A DNA stretch of 64,000 nt from Dehalococcoidia bacterium (GTDB lineage: Bacteria > Chloroflexota > Dehalococcoidia > SHYB01). Shown here one piece after another: positions 29,538-37,778 of this stretch (its first letter is position 1; each line of letters begins with the position of its first letter). The stretch lies in NCBI GenBank assembly GCA_963666265.2, contig CAXXHW010000006.1:572999-636998 (forward strand), read 5' to 3'. A program made the position numbers and the translations under genes. Below the pieces are notes generated by a model, which was not told the DNA's origin, made no database searches, and worked only from the letters and a program-made list of their open reading frames with translations.

Positions 29538-30555
29538 TAGTGATAATGGCGCCTGCCGTTATGCCGATGCCCATCGTCTGTGACGAGTTAGCCGTTGCCG
29601 CAACCGCGAGGGCCCGCTCTTCTTGCAGGGCGATCTGAGAAACGAAAAACGCGTCGAGATCGGCGCGGATTACATCCATGCTTTCTTTCCCGACACCCCG
29701 GTCGACCAGAGCGATCACATCCTTCATTGTTTCTGGATGGTCGAGGATCTCGATGCGGGCGTCAATCTCGGGTTGAGCAGCCGCCTCTATCCAGCTTGTC
29801 ACCGCGGGCTGTATGGCATTGATTTCCGCCGCGGTGACGCCGGCTTCTTCATGGTGCAGCTCACTCAGCTTCGCGATATCGGCTGTCAATATGGCTTGTC
29901 CGTCTATGAACTGCTCAAGAGAGGCATCGTCGCCGGTGAGCAGGAATCCACGCTGTCCGGCTTCCATATCGACCACATCCAGCGTAATGACCTCAACCAG
30001 GAATTCCCCTTCAAAGTCATGGGCAGCCGCGAATTTGGCGTCGATGCCCGCCAGCAACGCTCGAATAGCGTCGAATTTCTCCTTACCCACGGTCCTGGCC
30101 GATATCTCGTCAAAGTGGTCGTGGGCTTCTTGTCCCACTTCTACTTTTTCCCTCAAGGCGATCGCCGGCTCCGCGTGCAAGGTGAGCCACTGATCCTTAT
30201 CGTGAGAGAGCTCGTTTAGGCTGGCTACCGCTTCCGGAAAATCGGACACGAGCTCTAGCTCCTCCGCCATGACCTCGTCAAAGTGGACCCGGCCGTCGTT
30301 GTAAGGCTCCAGGAATTCCTCTTCACCGGTTACCAGGTATCCCCGCAGGCCGGTCTCCATATCCGCCATCAGGCCCGCCAGCTTTTGGGCATTGGTGAGC
30401 ACCGGTGTGTCGTGGTGCACGAGAATGTCGAACTTGTTGTTCAAGGTGTTCATGTTGGTGAGCAGCATGATCGCAAGAACGATCATCGCCAACGCGGCGA
30501 ATGCGTACCCGGCGAGAAGCTTGAAGCTGATGCTGCGATTGAGAAACACGCCCAT
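29413..30555 (-). CDS. Chemoreceptor N-terminal part (TM1, two CHASE3-like sensor modules, first half of TM2)
   Basis: TM helix [19 protein letters not shown]. Two copies of the CHASE3-type motif are present ([20 protein letters not shown] and [20 protein letters not shown]). The last ~45 codons are out-of-frame Arg/Gly-rich sequence overlapping 28119..29537. Confidence 0.75.
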   Translation of the reverse strand: MGVFLNRSISFKLLAGYAFAALAMIVLAIMLLTNMNTLNNKFDILVHHDTPVLTNAQKLAGLMADMETGLRGYLVTGEEEFLEPYNDGRVHFDEVMAEELELVSDFPEAVASLNELSHDKDQWLTLHAEPAIALREKVEVGQEAHDHFDEISARTVGKEKFDAIRALLAGIDAKFAAAHDFEGEFLVEVITLDVVDMEAGQRGFLLTGDDASLEQFIDGQAILTADIAKLSELHHEEAGVTAAEINAIQPAVTSWIEAAAQPEIDARIEILDHPETMKDVIALVDRGVGKESMDVIRADLDAFFVSQIALQEERALAVAATANSSQTMGIGITAGAIITNAGAGLPPVADDLQGRQRGSRGDEADRRWRPHRQGGGEVVR

Positions 30556-31003
30556 ATCATTTGCTCCTTTTCAAATTCCCCATGAATACAGATGCACTGT
30601 GCGAAACCCGGCAATGCCGGTCCCCATTTCGCTTCAGTTCAACAGCCCCGCTTGTCGTCTGGTTGGCCTCCTATCGTTAGCCGGCAGGGCTGTTGCCTCC
30701 GGCGAATCTCCCAGGGTCCACTGTGCATGGGCTTCCAGGCGCAGAGAGCGCGCTCTTCACCTGGAGATTTGCGGGTACATCCCCTAACACTCGTGTGACC
30801 CGAGATTGATCGTATTTCAGGCAACTACCTCCATCAAGCACCGCTTGGTGCCAAACATCACAGGCCAATCGGCCAGTGCCGAGTGGACCGTTTGGCTCAT
30901 AGGCGGGACGAGTCAGCCATGCCATTCGGCTAACTCGCGCTTTCGTAAACTCATTGAGGTGGGGGCTCGTACCACAGCCGCAGTCCCTCTCGTGTCTCCG
31001 TCG

Positions 31004-31032
31004 TTGACAGTCTTCGAGGCGGTGTATACAAT
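31004..31032 (+). promoter_or_regulatory. Near-consensus sigma70 promoter (TTGACA, 17 nt spacer, TACAAT)
   Basis: -35 at 31004..31009 and -10 at 31027..31032, about 70 nt upstream of the RAM-domain gene. Confidence 0.55.
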
Positions 31033-31100
31033 GAGCCGCGATTTCTCGGCCACCCCAACCGAGGACTTCTGTATGGCCCAATCAGTGAGGAGGGGGGCGA

Positions 31101-31340
31101 ATGCCAACTCGAGCCTTCGTGCTGATCGAGACCGGAGTGGGAAAGACCAGGGATGTGGTTGCCATCGTCCGGGGAGTGAGCGAGGTCGCGTCAGTGGACG
31201 CCGTCACGGGGCCCTACGACATCATCGCCATCCTTGAGGCGCCGGACCTCAGCGCGGTTGGGGATGTCGTTACGGGGCGCATACATACGGTGCCCGGGGT
31301 CGTGAGGACCGTGACCTGCCTGGCAGTGTCGCTTCCTTAA
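31101..31340 (+). CDS. Lrp/AsnC ligand-binding (RAM) domain-only protein
   Basis: 79 aa: AFVLIETGVGKTRDVVAIVRGVSEVASVDAVTGPYDIIAILEAPD, typical of a stand-alone AsnC_trans_reg domain. No HTH is present. RBS GAGGAGGGGGG. Confidence 0.85.
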   Translation: MPTRAFVLIETGVGKTRDVVAIVRGVSEVASVDAVTGPYDIIAILEAPDLSAVGDVVTGRIHTVPGVVRTVTCLAVSLP

Positions 31341-31402
31341 CTCAAATCCGTCGAAGAGGCTGAGGGTGAGCAACAGCCCACAAAGATAATAGGAGGCAAG
31401 GC

Positions 31403-32536
31403 GTGGACCTGGGACTGAGCGAAGAACAGGAGATGATCAAGACCACCTCACGGGACTTTCTTGACAAAGAATGCCCCAAGAGCCTGGTGAGGGCGATAGA
31501 GGAGGACGAGAAAGGTTACTCCCCAGAGCTTTGGAAAAAGATGGCGGCCCTGGGCTGGATGGGTCTGGTCTTCGAAGAGAAATACGGAGGCACTGAGAAC
31601 AGCTTCACGGACCTGTGCGTCCTTATCGAGGAGCAGGGAAGAGCCCTGCTGCCAGGCCCCTTTTTCTCAACCATCGTCCTCTGCGGAATTCCCATTGCCG
31701 AGTTTGGGACCGAAGCGCAGAAGGAAGAGCATCTCCCCAGTATCGCCGATGGCAACCGCATCATGGCCTTCGCCCAGACAGAGCCCACCGCCACGTGGGA
31801 AGCCTCCGGAGTGGAACTTAAAGCTACAGCTCAAGGCGACAGCTACACCCTAAACGGCACCAAGCTGTTCATCACTTCGGCCCATATTGCGGATTACCTT
31901 TTGGTCGTGGCCAGAACGAAGGACGGGGGGAAACCGGAAGATGGCATTACGTTGTTCCTCGTCGACGGCAAGAGCGCCGGAATTAGCTACGAGCCGCTGA
32001 AGACGATAGCGACTGACCACCAGAGCGAGGTGGTGTTCAAGGATGTCAAAATCCCCGCTGCAAATATCCTGGGCAAGGCCAACGAAGGCTGGAAGATCGT
32101 GGAGCGAATCGACGCCCTGGGAGCGGCGGGCAAATGCGCCGAGATGGTGGGCGGAGCTCAGCGTGTGCTGGAGATGAGCGTGGACTACGCCAAGCAACGC
32201 GTGCAGTTCGGGCGGCCCATCGGCAGCTTCCAGGCCATTCAGCACCACTGCGCCAACATGGTGACGGACGTGGACGGCTCCCGCTACATAACTTTCGAGG
32301 CGATCTGGCGAATCAGCGAAGGGTTGGATTCGGCCAAGGAAGTCTCCATGGCCAAGGCATGGACCAGCGATGCCTACCGGCGAGTCTGTGCCCTGGGCCA
32401 CCAGATCCATGGCGGCATCGGCTTCACGAAAGAGCATGACATGCAGCTCTATTATCGCCGGGCCAAAGCCGCGGAGCTGGCCTTCGGCGATGGAGACTAC
32501 CATCGAGAGCTTGTAGCCCAGCAGCTGGGATTCTAA
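31403..32536 (+). CDS. Acyl-CoA dehydrogenase family protein
   Basis: GTG start after AGGAGG. MDLGLSEEQEMIK, QTEPTATW, YTLNGTKLFIT, HQIHGGIGFTKEHDMQLYYRRAK. Confidence 0.9.
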   Translation: MDLGLSEEQEMIKTTSRDFLDKECPKSLVRAIEEDEKGYSPELWKKMAALGWMGLVFEEKYGGTENSFTDLCVLIEEQGRALLPGPFFSTIVLCGIPIAEFGTEAQKEEHLPSIADGNRIMAFAQTEPTATWEASGVELKATAQGDSYTLNGTKLFITSAHIADYLLVVARTKDGGKPEDGITLFLVDGKSAGISYEPLKTIATDHQSEVVFKDVKIPAANILGKANEGWKIVERIDALGAAGKCAEMVGGAQRVLEMSVDYAKQRVQFGRPIGSFQAIQHHCANMVTDVDGSRYITFEAIWRISEGLDSAKEVSMAKAWTSDAYRRVCALGHQIHGGIGFTKEHDMQLYYRRAKAAELAFGDGDYHRELVAQQLGF

Positions 32537-32552
32537 GACAGCCATAGCAAAA

Positions 32553-32590
32553 AAAGGGTTGGCCTCGAATTCGGGGTCAGCCCTTTTTCG
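32553..32590 (+). terminator. Rho-independent terminator-like hairpin with a T-tract
   Basis: 12-bp stem AAAGGGTTGGCC / GGTCAGCCCTTT (two G-U pairs) followed by TTTTT. It lies 17 nt after the ACAD stop. Confidence 0.55.
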
Positions 32591-32606
32591 CTTTCTGGAG
32601 TAGCTC

Positions 32607-32954
32607 ATGCCAGACGACTGCATTTTCTGCAAAATAGGTACAGGAGAGATCAAGGGTGATGTGCTGGACCACGACGACATGGTCCTGGTGCTCAACGACC
32701 TGCACCCCCAGGCCCCGGTGCACCTCTTGGTCCTTCCCTTCCGGCACATCTCTTCGGTGGCCGACCTCGGGGAGGCCGATGGAGAGCTCATCAGCCGCAT
32801 GGTGCTGGTAGCCAACAGGGCCGCAGCCCAACAGGGTCTGGCGGAAAAAGGCTACCGCCTGGCCATCAATTGCGGCATCGAGGGGGGCCAGACCGTGGAA
32901 CACCTGCATATGCACGTGCTGGGGGGTAGGCAGCTCAGCGGGGCTCTTGGGTGA
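32607..32954 (+). CDS. HIT (histidine triad) family protein
   Basis: CIFCKI N-terminus and the HLHMHVLGG histidine triad. Confidence 0.9.
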   Translation: MPDDCIFCKIGTGEIKGDVLDHDDMVLVLNDLHPQAPVHLLVLPFRHISSVADLGEADGELISRMVLVANRAAAQQGLAEKGYRLAINCGIEGGQTVEHLHMHVLGGRQLSGALG

Positions 32955-33025
32955 TCTCTCTTGCTGAGAGATCGGTACGGCTGCTATACTGTTGGGCAGG
33001 CTTGCAGACCCATTGGAGTGGAACC

Positions 33026-33169
33026 ATGTCACACAAGGCCCAGATGAAGGGCGCCAAGAAGCACCGTGGCGCGAAGCGCGGTGGTATATCCCAGGCCAAG
33101 GCAAATCGCAGTAACCGCCCGAAGGTCATCCCGATGGAGGTACTGCTAGGCGAGAAGCCGTTCAAGTAG
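33026..33169 (+). CDS. Candidate small basic protein (47 aa)
   Basis: MSHKAQMKGAKKHRGAKRGGISQAKANRSNRPKVIPMEVLLGEKPFK. GGAGTGG lies upstream. I recognise no family, so coding status is uncertain. Confidence 0.3.
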   Translation: MSHKAQMKGAKKHRGAKRGGISQAKANRSNRPKVIPMEVLLGEKPFK

Positions 33170-33360
33170 GGCCGGTGCTTCCACCGCCCCTGCGTAGCCT
33201 TTCCTACCGATCCCCCCATCCCGTTTCAGCCAAAAAGGGCGGTCCCATGACCGCTCTTTCCGTTGCCGCGTTGACACGCCCCAGGGCCGTTGCTACACTC
33301 CCGCCAAAATCCTCCCACCACCAACAGATCGAACGACGGCGCAAGAGGGGAGAGGAGCCC

Positions 33361-34104
33361 ATGGTGGTCACGCTGAAAAGCTCCGGTACAACGGCGCAAG
33401 AAGCCATCTCGGCGCGACGAATCTTCGACCCGGTCGCCGGCTCGTATGAGCTCTGGGCCCAGACGCTGGGCCTATTCCAGTACCGCAAATGGCGGAGGCA
33501 TCTGGTGTCCCGGTTAGGAACGGCCCAGGAGGGGCTGTTACTGGATGTCTGCACCGGGCCGGCTGGAGTCGCGATGGAGATGGCAGCCGCGGGTGGCCGC
33601 CGGGTCGTAGGGGTCGACCTCAGTCGCAAGATGCTGGGGGCCGGGGTGGCCGTCGTACAGCAGCGCGGGTTAGAGGACAAGGTGCGATTGGCACAAGCGC
33701 GAGCTGAAGCATTGCCCTTTCCAGACGCCTCCTTCGACGCCGTCGTGTTTACCTTCCTGCTCCGGTATGTCCAAGACCCCGAGGACGTGCTACAGGAGCT
33801 GGTCCGGGTGTTAAGGCCAGGTGGCAGGCTGCTCTCGCTGGAATTCTCGGTCCCGGACAACCGAGCGGTGCGAGCGCTGTGGCTCCTGTACACCCGTATC
33901 GTGTTGCCGGTCGCCGCCTTGCCCATATCCTCCGGCTGGCGGCGTGTCGGGCGGTTCCTCGGCCCCAGCATCTCCGCCTTCTATCAGCGCTATCCGCTAA
34001 AAGAGCTCACCGAGACCTGGAAGCGGGTGGGCATGCGTGAGGTGGGCCTCCAGAGAATGTCACTGGGGGGCGCCGTTATCATGTGGGGCACAAAGGGCGC
34101 CTAG
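33361..34104 (+). CDS. Class I SAM-dependent methyltransferase (UbiE/MenG-like)
   Basis: LLDVCTGPAGVAMEMA (motif I), FDAVVFTFLLRYV, LRPGGRLLSLEF. Strong RBS GGGGAGAGGAG before the ATG at 33361. Confidence 0.85.
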   Translation: MVVTLKSSGTTAQEAISARRIFDPVAGSYELWAQTLGLFQYRKWRRHLVSRLGTAQEGLLLDVCTGPAGVAMEMAAAGGRRVVGVDLSRKMLGAGVAVVQQRGLEDKVRLAQARAEALPFPDASFDAVVFTFLLRYVQDPEDVLQELVRVLRPGGRLLSLEFSVPDNRAVRALWLLYTRIVLPVAALPISSGWRRVGRFLGPSISAFYQRYPLKELTETWKRVGMREVGLQRMSLGGAVIMWGTKGA

Positions 34105-34106
34105 GA

Positions 34107-34838
34107 ATGGGCGGCAACCTGCGACCGGCGTTCTACGCTCTGCCCTCAGGCGCTTGGCGGGACTATCTCACGCTTCTGCATCCGCCCTATACCCTGTGGC
34201 ATTTGAGTTACGTCGTCCTGGGCGCAGCAGCCGCTCCCGACCTGGACCTTGGGTTGTTGGGATGGACGTTGGGCGCCTTCTTTCTCGCCGTCGGCATCGG
34301 AGCCCACGCCCTGGACGAGCTCCAGGGCCGCCCCCTAAAAACGCGCATCCCGACCTTGACCTTGCAGTCCCTGGCGGCTCTCTCGGCCGTCGGCGCCCTG
34401 GCTATCGGCATCTACGGCGTCGTCAACGTCTCTGCTTGGCTCCTCCTTTTCATCGGCGCCGGCATGTTTGTCCTGTTTGCCTATAACCTGGAGATCATGG
34501 GAGGCCGGTTCCATTCAGATTTCTGGTTTGCTCTGTCCTGGGGCGCGTTCCCCTTTATCGTTGCCTACTGGGCCAGCGCCACGAGCTTCAGCGCCGGTGC
34601 TGGTCTTCTGGCCGCCGGGTGCTTCGGCCTGAGCCTTGTCCAGCGCAAGCTGAGCACCCAGGTCCGGTCAATCCGCCGGCGGGCCGAGAGCGTCAGCGGC
34701 TCCATCGTCTATACGGATGGCACCGAGGAGCGTATCGGCCCGGAAAGTCTCGTACAAGCGCCGGAAGCCGCGCTCCAGGCCCTCACAGGGGCTGTCATCG
34801 CCCTGGCGTCGGGATGGCTAGCTCTGCGAGTGCTCTAA
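34107..34838 (+). CDS. Integral membrane protein (about 7 predicted TM helices), function unknown
   Basis: Hydrophobic throughout. The start is 2 nt after the methyltransferase stop (TAGGAATG), which suggests co-translation. There is a conserved-looking HALDELQGRP loop. Confidence 0.65.
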   Translation: MGGNLRPAFYALPSGAWRDYLTLLHPPYTLWHLSYVVLGAAAAPDLDLGLLGWTLGAFFLAVGIGAHALDELQGRPLKTRIPTLTLQSLAALSAVGALAIGIYGVVNVSAWLLLFIGAGMFVLFAYNLEIMGGRFHSDFWFALSWGAFPFIVAYWASATSFSAGAGLLAAGCFGLSLVQRKLSTQVRSIRRRAESVSGSIVYTDGTEERIGPESLVQAPEAALQALTGAVIALASGWLALRVL

Positions 34839-34924
34839 AAAAGGGTGAGCTCCTCCTTCAACATTCTGCTAACGCCACCCTGAGCCCGCAGAACGCCCGA
34901 AATCCGGTCAGTGACCCTCGTCAC

Positions 34925-34966
34925 GTAATGACGAATATCGCAACGTATTACGGAATTCGTCATTAC
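34925..34966. promoter_or_regulatory. Perfect 12-bp inverted repeat (GTAATGACGAAT, 18 nt spacer, ATTCGTCATTAC), operator-like
   Basis: It sits in an AT-richer intergenic region about 135 nt upstream of the TTG start at 35099. A plausible promoter (TTGTTC, 18 nt spacer, TATGAT) lies at 35040..35069. Confidence 0.35.
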
Positions 34967-35098
34967 AGCTCCCTACGAAAGGCTGACGAAAAGGCACATG
35001 CATGTCCACTTATCGTCGTTTTTTGGTTTTGTCTTGGGCTTGTTCAAACTCTAATCGAAATGATATGATTGCATTAAGCCGTTTTTGGAGGAGAGAAG

Positions 35099-35416
35099 TT
35101 GAAAGTCTTACGCACTACCATCGTACACCCTCTCAAGGGTCGTCGGGATGAGGTCTCGGACCTCCTTGGCGAACTCGGAGGGTACCTGTCACAGCAGCCT
35201 GGCTTCATCTCAGGCTACGAGGCAAAAGGTGAAGATGACGCCCTGTGGCGAGTATCCCTCTGGGACAGCAAGAAGGACGCCGACCGCGCAGCCAACCAGG
35301 TACACACTATAGCCCTTCGCGCCAGGCTGAACGCCCGGACGATGCCCGATCGCGAGGACCATCTCGTGGAGGTCGTCCAGGAAAGGCAGACCCCCACAGC
35401 AGCAGCCGCAGCCTAA
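35099..35416 (+). CDS. ABM/Dabb-like small protein
   Basis: TTG start after GGAGGAG. GFISGYEAKGEDDALWRVSLWDSKKDADRA resembles antibiotic-biosynthesis-monooxygenase-fold proteins. Confidence 0.6.
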   Translation: MKVLRTTIVHPLKGRRDEVSDLLGELGGYLSQQPGFISGYEAKGEDDALWRVSLWDSKKDADRAANQVHTIALRARLNARTMPDREDHLVEVVQERQTPTAAAAA

Positions 35417-35429
35417 CGCGACAAGAGGT

Positions 35430-35482
35430 GAGAGGCATGAAGAAACGCGCCCTGGAATAGGGCGCGTTTCTTCATGCCTCTC
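35430..35482 (+). terminator. Long perfect hairpin after the ABM-like gene
   Basis: 24-bp stem GAGAGGCATGAAGAAACGCGCCCT / AGGGCGCGTTTCTTCATGCCTCTC with a 5-nt loop. There is no U-tract. Confidence 0.55.
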
Positions 35483-35521
35483 TGGACCCCGCCGTATCCC
35501 CTGCTACCTTCCCGAATACCT

Positions 35522-35549
35522 TTGACCTCCCTTATAGTCACTGTATAAT
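35522..35549 (+). promoter_or_regulatory. Sigma70-like promoter (TTGACC, 16 nt spacer, TATAAT)
   Basis: -35 at 35522..35527 and -10 at 35544..35549, about 140 nt upstream of the SDR ATG at 35692. Confidence 0.5.
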
Positions 35550-35691
35550 AGCCAGGGCTGCGCCCCCTGCCCTATTTATGCCTCGAGAGGCCCTTCCACG
35601 TCGCTGGCTGCATCGAGCAGAGCTACCCGAGAAAAATATCGGCCGGCGAGGCTATACGCTCCGATGTGGTTCGCAAGCAAAGGAGGAACCT

Positions 35692-36600
35692 ATGGGATTA
35701 CTCGATGGTAAGAACGCGGTCATTACAGGATCGGGCCGCGGGCTGGGCCGTGCCTATGCCCTGGCCTTCACCGCGGCAGGCGCCAAGGTCGTCGTCAACG
35801 ATGTTGACAAAGAGGAGGCCGAAAGTGTAGCCGCGGAGATCAAAGCCGCCGGCGGCGCTGCCGTAGCCAACGGCGACAGCGTCTTTCCGTACGACTCCGC
35901 GGGCAAGATTATCCAGGCCTGCGTCGACAGCTTCGGCTCCATCGACATCCTGATCAACAACGCGGGCAACCTTCGGGACCGCACCGCCCTCAACATGACC
36001 GTCGAGGAGTTCGACGATGTCACCAACGTCCATATCAAGGGCACATTCTATTGCGGGCAGCACGCCATGCGTCTCATGCGGGACCAGGGTCACGGCGTCA
36101 TCCTGAATGTGACCTCCGGCGCCCACCACGGCAACTTCGGCCAGACCAACTACGCCGGTTCCAAGGGCGCCATCGCCTCCATGACCTACACCTGGGCGCT
36201 GGAGCTCCCCAGCCGCGGCATCCGCGTCAACTGCCTGGCCCCCGCCGCCCAGACCCGCATGTCCGGCTCCATCCCCGAGCGGCCCGATCGGACCGGTAGC
36301 GGCGGGCCAGCCATCAACTCAGCCGATATGGCGGCGCAGGCCGCTGTTTTCCTGGCCAGTGACGAGGCCGACTGGGTGCACGGCCAGGTCTTCCGCATGG
36401 CCGGGGAAAGCATCGCCATCATGGAGCAGCCCAAGTATGGCCTGAGCATGGTCATGCCGGGAGGCTGGACCGTCGACAAGATCAGAGAGCAGTTCCGTCA
36501 AGTTTTCTTCGGCAGGCTGGAGCCTTACGGCCTGGGCAAGCCCCCCTACGCTTGGTATGAAGGGGTGAAGGCTGTCGAGCCGCCCGAGAAGAAGAGATAA
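35692..36600 (+). CDS. SDR family oxidoreductase with a C-terminal extension
   Basis: AVITGSGRGLGRAYA, NNAG, YAGSKGA. RBS AAAGGAGG before the ATG at 35692. Confidence 0.85.
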   Translation: MGLLDGKNAVITGSGRGLGRAYALAFTAAGAKVVVNDVDKEEAESVAAEIKAAGGAAVANGDSVFPYDSAGKIIQACVDSFGSIDILINNAGNLRDRTALNMTVEEFDDVTNVHIKGTFYCGQHAMRLMRDQGHGVILNVTSGAHHGNFGQTNYAGSKGAIASMTYTWALELPSRGIRVNCLAPAAQTRMSGSIPERPDRTGSGGPAINSADMAAQAAVFLASDEADWVHGQVFRMAGESIAIMEQPKYGLSMVMPGGWTVDKIREQFRQVFFGRLEPYGLGKPPYAWYEGVKAVEPPEKKR

Positions 36601-36664
36601 CGACCCCCACAGGGCCCGGCCCAGAGGCCGGGCCTTTCCCGTTGCGGCGGGAGGGAGCGACACC

Positions 36665-37591
36665 ATGAAAGTGCGCATAGGCACCGGGTTCATCGGTTGG
36701 CCCTTTCCCAAGGTTGAGGCCAGCTACGCCTGGGAGTTCATCGACATGTCCGAGGATCTCGGGCTGGATTCCATCTGGCTGGCAGACCGGATCGTGTCCA
36801 ACGCAATCAGCCTGGAGTCGATGACCTTCATGGCCGCCCTTGCCGCCAGGACCAAGCGGATGAAATTCGGCAACAGCGTCCTGGCCCTGCCGCTGCGCAA
36901 CCCTGTTGTCCTGGCCAAAGAGATCGCCACCGTGGATTTCTTGTCCGGTGGCCGCATGCTGCCGGCCGTCGGGCTGGGCACGGACAACCCCAACGAGTAC
37001 GAGGCCTGCGGTATAGAGATGAAGCAGCGCGGACCCCGCACCGACGAGGCCATCGATCTCATGCGGCGGCTGTGGACGGAGGATAACGTCACCTTCAAGG
37101 GCAGGTTCTACCAGACCACGGAGGCGACGGTCACGCCCAAACCGGTCCAGCAGCCACCGCCTATCTGGATCGGCGGCCGGACGGAGGCCGCTTACCGCAG
37201 GGTGGGGCGCGTGGGCGACGGGTGGCTCACCTCGTTCCTGGACCCGCAGGAGGTCGGCCATGGGATACAGCGCATCCGGGAGTATGCCACGGAGGCGGGC
37301 CGCTCCGTCGACGATGACCACTACGGCATCATCATCAATTATTGCTTTGCGGACAGCACCGAAGAGGCTTACAAGCTGGCGCAGCCCTACCTCTTGCGGC
37401 TACGCACCGACATTCCGCCCGAGTCCTATTGCGGCCTGGGAACGGCCGAGGATATCGCGCGGGTGGTCAGGGACTACGTCACCCACGGAGCATCGAAGTT
37501 CGTGCTCAGGGCCACCTGCCCGCCGGAGATGACCCTAGCCCAGAACGAGCGCCTCGCCCGTGAAGTGGCGCCTTTGTTTCACGGGGGCTAG
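36665..37591 (+). CDS. LLM-class F420/flavin-dependent oxidoreductase
   Basis: LGLDSIWLADR, GGRMLPAVGLG, PPPIWIGGRTEAAYRR. RBS GGGAGGGAG. Confidence 0.85.
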   Translation: MKVRIGTGFIGWPFPKVEASYAWEFIDMSEDLGLDSIWLADRIVSNAISLESMTFMAALAARTKRMKFGNSVLALPLRNPVVLAKEIATVDFLSGGRMLPAVGLGTDNPNEYEACGIEMKQRGPRTDEAIDLMRRLWTEDNVTFKGRFYQTTEATVTPKPVQQPPPIWIGGRTEAAYRRVGRVGDGWLTSFLDPQEVGHGIQRIREYATEAGRSVDDDHYGIIINYCFADSTEEAYKLAQPYLLRLRTDIPPESYCGLGTAEDIARVVRDYVTHGASKFVLRATCPPEMTLAQNERLAREVAPLFHGG

Positions 37592-37603
37592 ACCAAGGAC
37601 GGT

Positions 37604-37703
37604 GGGTCATTGCGAGGAGTACCGACGCTTTCGGTATGACGAAGCAATCACGCGTGGTGATGAGTTTGCCACGTCCCGATTTCATCGGGACTCCCAATGA
37701 CCC
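37604..37703 (+). repeat. cattgcgag-type composite hairpin repeat bounded by a 9-bp IR
   Basis: GGGTCATTG (37604) / CAATGACCC (37695). Internal hairpin GTCCCGAT-ttc-ATCGGGAC at 37673..37691. Same module family as 9659..9755. Confidence 0.6.
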
Positions 37704-37778
37704 AGAGAGCATTCGGGCGTATTGGCAAGAATCTCCGGTCAGGTACTCAGGTCTGCGCGGCACTTGGCCGGGTCCGGC

